DNA from: Pirellula staleyi DSM 6068
Lineage (GTDB): Bacteria; Planctomycetota; Planctomycetia; Pirellulales; Pirellulaceae
NCBI GenBank assembly: GCA_000025185.1
Contig: CP001848.1
Coordinates: 1,950,001 to 1,982,000 of the forward strand
Direction of reading: 5' to 3'
DNA: 32,000 bases
Positions within the stretch are counted from its first letter, which is position 1. Each line of letters opens with the position of its first letter. Both the position numbers and the translations under genes were made by a program. Below are positions 25,858 to 32,000 of the stretch, piece after piece. The notes below the pieces were generated by a model. That model did not search any database and was not told where the DNA came from. It worked only from the letters and a program-made list of their open reading frames with translations.

Positions 25858-26056
25858 CGCGCTCGCACACTTATCCTGGGTTGATCCTCTCGGGCTAGGC
25901 AGCGCTTGCTTGGGATCTTGTCAGAGGCAACTAACTCGACCGAAGCTCCCTTGCGCGCTTATGGGGTCGCACCCTCCTCTGTTCGCCTTGCCTCCGCTCG
26001 CCGATACTAAAGTGCCCGTTCCGATCCCACCTCGGCCAGCGAAACATTCTTCAGCA

Positions 26057-27109
26057 ATGACCAGCATCACCGCGCAGTCGCTCCTCAGCAACCCGCTTGC
26101 TAACTATCCCCAGGCGACTGTTGCTTGCTTCGACCCGACCACGGGCGATTTGCCGCGACGACGACTCGACGACTACCTTTGCGTGTCGTTTCTCGAGCGA
26201 CTCTCGGGGGCGGGTGCTGCTGCGCTCTTGATTGCAGCTTCCACCGGTCATGGGCATCTCCGTACGACGAAGGAAATGATGCAGTGGACTCGTGTCGCTG
26301 CCAAAGCCAAGCTCGGTAGCACGATGCTGAGCCTGCTGCTTCGTCCTGAAGATGGAGAAGCTGCCAATCGCGAACTCGTCGCTGCTGCAGCGGAACTCGG
26401 TTACAGCGTGGTGTTTGTCCGTCCCGGTCGCGATCTACCGGCGACAGCGGGTGATGAACAAGTGGCGGCGAACATGCAGCCTCTCGTCCGCCTGATTGCC
26501 GAAGCGGGACTTGCTGCCGGGCTTTACACCATTCCGGATGTCAGCGGGTTGCCGATGAGCACCGCCGCTGCCGAGCAAGTCTGCGCTGGTATCGGCGGCG
26601 ATAGCGTGGTGGCGATTAAAGTGACCGAGGCAAACTACGACACCAGCACCGCGCGGTTTTTGGCTTCGAACAAGCTCGCCCATCTCAAGATCGTGCAAGG
26701 CTGGGACCCCCATATGGCCCGCGCCTTGGAAGAAGGTGGCAAACGGGTGGGTGTCACTTCCGGACCGATGTCGTTTGCCGTCTACCAATACCTCCATATG
26801 TTTGCCGCTGCCTCGCGCGGCGATTACTCCGAACTTCATGCTAGTCAGCAGGCGGTGTCGGCTCTGTTTTCTGCCATGCAAGACGATCCGCGTAAGTTCG
26901 CCGATTTGCAGCGTGCCAAGTGGATCATGGGGCTGGGCCAACCACTCACCGGAACTGTAGAACCGGCGACAGCCTCGCGTGTGATTGCCGCCTTAGAAAG
27001 TTTGCCTCGCACCGCTGATCGTCAGCGATTATCGCGTTCCCTCGATCTGATGCAGACAGGCCCCTATCACGATTTGCTGTCGCGACTTTCCCAGCCTACT
27101 GCAGCTTAG
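26057..27109 (+). CDS. Dihydrodipicolinate synthase (DapA)-family class I aldolase-like protein.
   Basis: I place the start at the ATG at 26057 (MTSITAQSLL...). Family-like blocks are LLIAASTGHGHLRTTKEMMQW (cf. GTTGE..L), LYTIPDVSGLPMS (cf. YN.P..TG) and VVAIKVTEANYD (the Schiff-base Lys position). The 399-aa version in the ORF track starts with TTG far upstream. Confidence 0.7.
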   Translation: MTSITAQSLLSNPLANYPQATVACFDPTTGDLPRRRLDDYLCVSFLERLSGAGAAALLIAASTGHGHLRTTKEMMQWTRVAAKAKLGSTMLSLLLRPEDGEAANRELVAAAAELGYSVVFVRPGRDLPATAGDEQVAANMQPLVRLIAEAGLAAGLYTIPDVSGLPMSTAAAEQVCAGIGGDSVVAIKVTEANYDTSTARFLASNKLAHLKIVQGWDPHMARALEEGGKRVGVTSGPMSFAVYQYLHMFAAASRGDYSELHASQQAVSALFSAMQDDPRKFADLQRAKWIMGLGQPLTGTVEPATASRVIAALESLPRTADRQRLSRSLDLMQTGPYHDLLSRLSQPTAA

Positions 27110-27158
27110 TGAGTTTGAAGTCGCCAGCGCACTGGCAGCCTTACCAAGGCGTTCTAAC

Positions 27159-27530
27159 ATGCACGATCAAGCGACGACAATCGCCGAACTCCGGGCCCTC
27201 GTGCAGCGTTTTGTCGACGAGCGCGATTGGAGACAGTTCCACACCGCGAAGAATCTCGCCATGTCGATTGCCATCGAGGCAGCTGAACTGATGGAGCACT
27301 TCCAGTGGCTCGATCAGCAGGCTTCGCAGGCCATTGCCCAGCAGGAAGTGAAGAAAGCCGTTGTGGCGGAGGAGCTTGCCGACGTACTCTCCTACGTTTT
27401 GGCGATTTCGAGCGCCCTTGAAATTGATTTGGCAAGTTCTTTGGAAGCGAAGATGGTCAAGAACGCCTTGAAATATCCCGCCGATCAGATTCGGGGCCGC
27501 TATGGACACGACGACGAGCGTGCTTCGTAG
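27159..27530 (+). CDS. MazG-like nucleotide pyrophosphohydrolase (small all-alpha NTP-PPase).
   Basis: 123 aa with TIAELRALVQRFVDERDW.QFHT.KNLAMSIAIEAAELMEHFQW and EELADVLSYVLAISSALEIDL. This is the EExxE/ExxD metal-binding helix pattern of the MazG/dCTPase-like family. Confidence 0.85.
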   Translation: MHDQATTIAELRALVQRFVDERDWRQFHTAKNLAMSIAIEAAELMEHFQWLDQQASQAIAQQEVKKAVVAEELADVLSYVLAISSALEIDLASSLEAKMVKNALKYPADQIRGRYGHDDERAS

Positions 27531-27541
27531 CTCGAGCCTGC

Positions 27542-27571
27542 TTGCCGCTGGTTTGCCGTGGCTCCTATAAT
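27542..27571 (+). promoter_or_regulatory. Sigma70-like promoter candidate for uvrA.
   Basis: TTGCCG (27542-27547), an 18-nt spacer, then TATAAT (27566-27571). The -10 element lies 49 nt upstream of the uvrA ATG. This is sequence-pattern evidence only. Confidence 0.35.
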
Positions 27572-27619
27572 GAACAGCTTTCCAGTACGCGCCACACTTT
27601 TCCCGAGCACACCCGCGTT

Positions 27620-30600
27620 ATGCCGCCGACGGACATCGTCATCCAGGGAGCCCGCGAGCACAACCTGCGCGACGTCTCGCTCGTGCTTCCTCGCAATCAG
27701 CTGATTTGCCTCACCGGTGTGAGTGGCAGTGGCAAAAGCTCTCTCGCGTTCGACACGCTGTTTGCCGAAGGTCAGCGCCGCTACGTCGAATCCCTTTCGA
27801 GCTACGCCCGGCAGTTCCTTGGTCAGATGCCGAAGCCCGATGTCGATTTCATCGGTGGCCTCAGCCCGTCGATCTCCATCAGCCAAAAATCGACCGGCAA
27901 CAATCCTCGTTCGACCGTCGGCACCATCACGGAAATCCACGACTATTTGCGCGTCCTCTACGCGCGGATCGGTCAAGGATTCTGCCCCAAGTGTGGTCGC
28001 GCGATTACCGCGCAGTCGCGCGAGCAGATTATCGAAAGCATCATCTCGCTCGAGAGTGGCACGAAGCTACAGATTCTCGCGCCGCTGATTCGTCAGCAAA
28101 AAGGTGAGTATCGCGATCTGTTCGAAGACCTGCTGAAGCAAGGTTTTGTCCGCGCACGGGTCGATGGCAATGTAGTTCAGCTAAGCGATAAGCTTTCGCT
28201 CGATCGACAAATGCGCCACGACATCGAAGTGGTGATCGATCGCCTGGTGATGCGCAGCGATATTCGCCCGCGATTGGCTGAAGCGGTCGAACTCGCTCTC
28301 AAGATGGGGCAAGGGAACCTGATCGTTGCCATCGAGAACGACAGCGCTGTAAAACCTTCGGCCGAATTCACCGAAGCACTACGGACTGCCCAGTCGCAAG
28401 AGACGGATAGCGATTCGGAAGAGTCCGAAGAAGCGGAAACCAAAACAACCAAGAAACGACGTGGTGGCAGCGCGCGACCAGGCGACTTACTCTACTCGTC
28501 GAGCTACGCCTGCACGCCGTGCAAACTCAGCTTCGAGCCACCCAGTCCGCAACTTTTCAGCTTCAATAGTCCGCAAGGGATGTGTCCACAGTGCGATGGT
28601 CTGGGAGTGATGTACTCCTTCGATCCCGTGCTGCTCGTTCCCTCGCCAAACTTGAACTTCAAAGAAGGGGCGATTGAGCCGGTCGGCAGTTGGCACGACC
28701 TAGGTCGCTGGCGGCGTCATATTTTTCAGGGTGTAGCCGATACGGTCGAACGCAAACGCGAACTCGATGCCGGCACCATGCTCGAGACTCCTTGGAAGTC
28801 ACTTGCGGCCGACCTCAAAAAACTGTGGTTGTGGGGAACAGGCGACGAGCATATCACCTACACCTGGCGCGGCGGCAAAGAGCCGATGATGTACGGCGGT
28901 AAGTTCGAGGGAGTCATCCCCGAGCTCACCGCTAAGTATCGCGGCAGCAAGAGCAAGTCGCAGATCAAAGGGCTCGAGCGCTACATGAGCATGGTCTCAT
29001 GCCCCGCGTGCAAAGGGGAGCGACTGATCGAGCAAGCGCGGCACGTGCGACTCACCAGCACAGCGCCCGGCTATGTCGGCAAACAGCTGACACTTCCCGA
29101 GGTTTCGAATCTCGCCGTCAGTGAAGCGTCGAAGTTCTTTGCGTCGCTAGCGCTCGACCAAACACAAACCACTATCGCAGCGGAAGTGCTCAAAGAGATC
29201 CGCACGCGGCTCGGGTTTTTGATCGACGTGGGGCTCGATTATCTGTCGCTCGACCGGACCGCGCCGACCCTCTCGGGTGGCGAATCGCAGCGCATTCGGC
29301 TCGCAGGACAAATTGGTAGCGGACTTGTCGGGGTTCTCTATATCCTCGACGAACCTTCGATCGGCCTACATCCGCGCGACAACGATCGGTTGCTCAGCAC
29401 GCTCCATCGCCTCCGCGACATGGGAAACACCGTGATTGTCGTCGAGCACGACGAAGACACGATGCGGGCCGCCGATACGATCATCGACTTTGGTCCTGGT
29501 CCCGGCGTACGCGGCGGCGAAGTGGTGGTACATGGCCCGCCGAGCGAAGTCATCAAGAACAAACGGAGCCTCACGGGGCAGTATCTTTCGGGCGAAAAGC
29601 AGATCGAAGTCCCCGCAAAACGACGCGCAGTTGGCGAAAAAGCATTGCGCCTCGTAGGCTGCACCCATAACAACCTGAAGAATGTCACCGCCGAAATTCC
29701 GCTCGGTGGACTCATCTGCGTCACCGGTGTAAGCGGCAGCGGCAAGAGCTCGCTCGTCACCGACATTCTCGTCGAGGCATTGCACCGCGATCTCAACTTC
29801 GGCGAAGGGAATCCTGGCGCTCACGAGAAGATCGAAGGACTCGAGCATCTCGACAAGCTCATCTCGATCGATCAAACACCGATCGGTCGAACGCCGCGCA
29901 GCAATCCCGGCACCTACATCAAACTGTTCGACGACATTCGCGATCTCTTCACGCAATTGCCCGAAGCCAAACGGCGCGGCTATAAACCGGGCCGCTTCAG
30001 CTTCAATGTCGAAGGTGGTCGCTGCGAGGCATGCGAAGGGAACGGCAGCAACAAGCTCGAAATGGATTTCCTCGCTGACGTGTGGGTCACTTGCCCCGTC
30101 TGCGAAGGAAAACGCTTCAATCGTGAAACGTTACAGGTGAAGTTCAAAGATAAGTCGATCGCCGATGTGCTGGAAATGGATGTGCAGCAGGCGCTCGAAC
30201 TTTTCGAGAACGTGCCGCATGTCCGCCACAAATTACAAACGCTTCACGATGTGGGTCTCGACTACATCAAGATCGGGCAAGCGAGCCCCACTCTCTCCGG
30301 TGGCGAAGCGCAGCGCATCAAGCTCGCGCGAGAACTGGTCAAGAAGAGTACCGGCAAAACGCTCTATTTGCTCGACGAACCAACAACCGGTTTGCATTTC
30401 GCCGATATTCACTTGCTCCTGGGTGTGCTGCATAACTTTGCCGATGCCGGGAACACCGTGCTGGTGGTCGAGCATAACCTCGACGTGATCAAAACGGCCG
30501 ACTGGATCATCGACATGGGGCCCGAAGGGGGCGCTGCTGGTGGCGAGATTCTCGCGGTTGGAACTCCCGAGGAAATTGCCAAGAATACGCGCTCGCATAC

Positions 30601-32000
30601 TGGCCGCGCGCTCGCAAAAATCCTTTCGCAAACACCTGCCTCGCTGATGGCTGCGGCGACAGCCGCCCGCGCTGCGCGCAACGGCAAAGCGGCCAAAAAT
30701 GGCTCGGCCCTGTTGGCTAAGCAAATTACGGTTCGGGGCGCTCGGCAGCACAACCTCAAGGGTGTCGACGTCACCGTTGAGCGCGACAAAATGACCGTCT
30801 TCTGCGGCCCCTCGGGAAGCGGAAAAAGCTCGCTGGCAATGGACACGATCTACGCCGAAGGTCAGCGCCGCTATGTCGAGTCGCTGTCGGCCTACGCGCG
30901 TCAATTCGTAGCGCAGATGCAAAAGCCACTCGTCGAGCATATCGACGGACTCTCTCCCGCGATTGCCATCGAGCAAAAGAATCTCGGGCATACGCCACGT
31001 TCGACCGTCGGGACAGTCACTGAAGTATACGACTACTTTCGGATCTTGATGGCGCGACTGGGGCAGGCCTATTGCCCGGCATGCGATATTCCGGTCGGAA
31101 CCCAAACAGCCGACCAAGTGGTCGATAGCATTCTCACGGAACTCGAAGGGGCCAAGCTCTACTTAATGGCCCCCATCGAGATCGACGCGGGTCAGACCTA
31201 CGCCAGCTTGTTCGAGCATTTGCGCAGCATCGGCTACTCGCGCGTGCGGGTCGATGGTGTCACGTCATCGCTCGACGCTGCTCCCACGATTGATCGCCGT
31301 CGCAAGCACACGGTAGAAGTGGTGATCGATCGCGTGAATGTGAATCCGGCACAGCGCTCGCGACTGGCCGGTAGCATTGAGAATGCACTGGCGCTCGGCA
31401 AAGGTGTGCTGCATGTTGCGAAGGTCGACGAGAGCATTCCTGAACCGCGCTGGGAAGTAATGGTCCATAGCCAGCACATGGCGTGTCGGAAGTGCAATCG
31501 GAGCTTCGAACCACTCAGTCCGCACAGCTTTTCCTTCAACAGCACGCTCGGCTGGTGTAAGGCATGTGAAGGTCTCGGAACGCAAGTCGGTGCTAACCTG
31601 GCGGCTGTCGTCTCCGACCCCAAGCGAACACTCCGCGAAGGGGTGATCGATGTTTGGCCCAGCCTCCAGCTGCCACTTTCGTCGGCAATGCTCGACGCCT
31701 TGGCTCGCAGCACTGGACTGCCGCTCGACAAGCCGTTCGATCAACTGGGGCATCGTTTCAAACGCCTGCTCTTGCACGGCACCGGTGAGCAGTGGCACGA
31801 AGTGGCGGCCAAGGGTCTTCCCAAGATCCGCTTTCAGTTCAAGGGAGTCTATCCGGCGCTCGAAGAAGCATCCAAGCTTTCGCCATCGCTCCGCGTGAAG
31901 CTCGAATCGCTCGTCGCGGAAGTGGAATGCAGCACGTGTGGCGGAAGTCGCTTGCGCGATGATTCGTCCGCAGCTCGCTTTCGCTCGCGCACAATCGACG
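27620..32000 (+). CDS. uvrA: Excinuclease ABC subunit A as a tandem fusion: one complete UvrA module, a linker, and the start of a second UvrA module. The ORF continues beyond the right edge of the window.
   Basis: Not in the ORF track because there is no stop in the window. No frame-matched + ORF is listed anywhere in 27620-32000, consistent with a single open frame. Module 1 contains MPPTDIVIQGAREHNLRDVSL...GVSGSGKSSLAFDTLFAEGQRRYVESLSSYARQF, CPKCGR, CTPC..CPQCDGLG, CPACKGERL, LSGGESQRIRLA, a second GVSGSGKSSL, CEACEGNG..CPVCEGKRF, LSGGEAQRIKLA and LYLLDEPTTGLH. I translated codon by codon across 30542-30740 and found no stop. Module 2 restarts at about 30725: ITVRGARQHNLKGVDV...GPSGSGKSSLAMDTIYAEGQRRYVESLSAYARQF...CPACD...CRKC..CKACEGLG...CSTCGGSRL. 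Confidence 0.9.
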   Translation, partial: MPPTDIVIQGAREHNLRDVSLVLPRNQLICLTGVSGSGKSSLAFDTLFAEGQRRYVESLSSYARQFLGQMPKPDVDFIGGLSPSISISQKSTGNNPRSTVGTITEIHDYLRVLYARIGQGFCPKCGRAITAQSREQIIESIISLESGTKLQILAPLIRQQKGEYRDLFEDLLKQGFVRARVDGNVVQLSDKLSLDRQMRHDIEVVIDRLVMRSDIRPRLAEAVELALKMGQGNLIVAIENDSAVKPSAEFTEALRTAQSQETDSDSEESEEAETKTTKKRRGGSARPGDLLYSSSYACTPCKLSFEPPSPQLFSFNSPQGMCPQCDGLGVMYSFDPVLLVPSPNLNFKEGAIEPVGSWHDLGRWRRHIFQGVADTVERKRELDAGTMLETPWKSLAADLKKLWLWGTGDEHITYTWRGGKEPMMYGGKFEGVIPELTAKYRGSKSKSQIKGLERYMSMVSCPACKGERLIEQARHVRLTSTAPGYVGKQLTLPEVSNLAVSEASKFFASLALDQTQTTIAAEVLKEIRTRLGFLIDVGLDYLSLDRTAPTLSGGESQRIRLAGQIGSGLVGVLYILDEPSIGLHPRDNDRLLSTLHRLRDMGNTVIVVEHDEDTMRAADTIIDFGPGPGVRGGEVVVHGPPSEVIKNKRSLTGQYLSGEKQIEVPAKRRAVGEKALRLVGCTHNNLKNVTAEIPLGGLICVTGVSGSGKSSLVTDILVEALHRDLNFGEGNPGAHEKIEGLEHLDKLISIDQTPIGRTPRSNPGTYIKLFDDIRDLFTQLPEAKRRGYKPGRFSFNVEGGRCEACEGNGSNKLEMDFLADVWVTCPVCEGKRFNRETLQVKFKDKSIADVLEMDVQQALELFENVPHVRHKLQTLHDVGLDYIKIGQASPTLSGGEAQRIKLARELVKKSTGKTLYLLDEPTTGLHFADIHLLLGVLHNFADAGNTVLVVEHNLDVIKTADWIIDMGPEGGAAGGEILAVGTPEEIAKNTRSHTGRALAKILSQTPASLMAAATAARAARNGKAAKNGSALLAKQITVRGARQHNLKGVDVTVERDKMTVFCGPSGSGKSSLAMDTIYAEGQRRYVESLSAYARQFVAQMQKPLVEHIDGLSPAIAIEQKNLGHTPRSTVGTVTEVYDYFRILMARLGQAYCPACDIPVGTQTADQVVDSILTELEGAKLYLMAPIEIDAGQTYASLFEHLRSIGYSRVRVDGVTSSLDAAPTIDRRRKHTVEVVIDRVNVNPAQRSRLAGSIENALALGKGVLHVAKVDESIPEPRWEVMVHSQHMACRKCNRSFEPLSPHSFSFNSTLGWCKACEGLGTQVGANLAAVVSDPKRTLREGVIDVWPSLQLPLSSAMLDALARSTGLPLDKPFDQLGHRFKRLLLHGTGEQWHEVAAKGLPKIRFQFKGVYPALEEASKLSPSLRVKLESLVAEVECSTCGGSRLRDDSSAARFRSRTID

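Noticed and set aside
25910-26056. The upstream TTG-initiated extension of the DapA-like ORF. Also similar 5' extensions of 12865-14388, 14579-15250, 19801-20718, 22906-23385 and 25184-25720.
   Set aside because: The extensions start at rare codons, lack ribosome-binding sites and add non-conserved residues in front of conserved N-termini or signal peptides. The internal starts have better context.
30640-30730. Interpreting the uvrA region as two adjacent uvrA genes, with the second starting at the ATG in ctgATGgct at about 30646.
   Set aside because: My codon-by-codon translation across 30542-30740 shows no in-frame stop. The upstream module would therefore read through regardless. An independent internal initiation cannot be excluded, but it is not needed to explain the sequence.
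2282-31798. Numerous long ORFs antisense to, or out of frame with, the called genes. Examples: 2282-3187 (-), 2938-3495 (+), 4237-4833 (+), 6310-6981 (+), 7045-7830 (+), 9811-10824 (-), 10902-11381 (-), 11877-12371 (+), 12745-13611 (+), 13608-14291 (-), 17962-18957 (+), 19012-19650 (+), 20808-21118 (+), 21593-22444 (+), 27500-27976 (-), 29366-29956 (-), 30233-31117 (-), 31265-31798 (-).
   Set aside because: Each overlaps a gene with strong family motifs on the other strand or frame. Their translations are Arg/Ser/Ala/Gly-rich with no recognisable motifs. This is the usual shadow-ORF effect of high-GC DNA.
1-32000. CRISPR arrays, tandem repeat arrays, IS elements, integrases, prophage genes and tRNA/rRNA genes.
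   Set aside because: Reading the window, I saw no regularly spaced direct repeats, no transposase/integrase/recombinase-like translations, no terminal inverted repeats and no GTTCGAATC-type T-arms outside coding sequence.

Overview
This is a high-GC bacterial chromosomal window. By eye it is about 55-60% GC; I did not compute it. It is gene-dense, and nearly every real gene carries a long antisense shadow ORF. The gene content suggests a Planctomycetota (Pirellulales-like) genome, but that is inference only. The clues are MoxR/DUF58, HEAT-repeat lipoproteins, many small orphan proteins with an RxxISLLSLLLL-type N-terminal anchor, and weak or absent Shine-Dalgarno sites. I support about 28 protein-coding genes, 3 of them with recognisable symbols beyond uvrA (pckA, rplM, rpsI). 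I saw no rRNA, tRNA, CRISPR array, transposase or integrase. Recognisable genes, left to right: a partial O-methyltransferase (1-834, -); an ABC ATPase translationally coupled to an ABC-2 permease fused to a CPBP/CAAX intramembrane protease (2275-5225, -); a TauE/SafE permease; ATP-dependent PEP carboxykinase pckA; a co-directional run of single-domain response regulator, 2-TM orphan, MoxR AAA+ ATPase and DUF58 (8402-11810, +); a metallophosphoesterase flanked by two HEAT-repeat lipoproteins (11889-15184, -); three orphan membrane-anchored proteins; a secreted FAD-dependent oxidoreductase with an extra C-terminal domain; a membrane-anchored PP2C phosphatase; rplM-rpsI with a clear intrinsic terminator; a Cys-less redoxin-fold protein; an acidic low-complexity protein; a DapA-family aldolase-like protein; a MazG-like pyrophosphohydrolase; and uvrA. 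The most unusual thing read directly from the sequence is uvrA. One uninterrupted frame from 27620 to the window end encodes a complete class-I-like UvrA. A roughly 30-aa Ala/Lys linker follows with no stop codon, and then a second UvrA begins. This is a covalent tandem UvrA-UvrA. Other items worth a second look are the ABC-2::CPBP fusion, the response regulator/2-TM/MoxR/DUF58 run that lacks vWA/Bat partners, the metallophosphoesterase with a large helical insertion, and an ~860-bp ORF-poor region ending in a hairpin that abuts the rplM ribosome-binding site. I could run no database search, fold prediction or composition calculation, so every family assignment rests on motifs I recognise in the translations.
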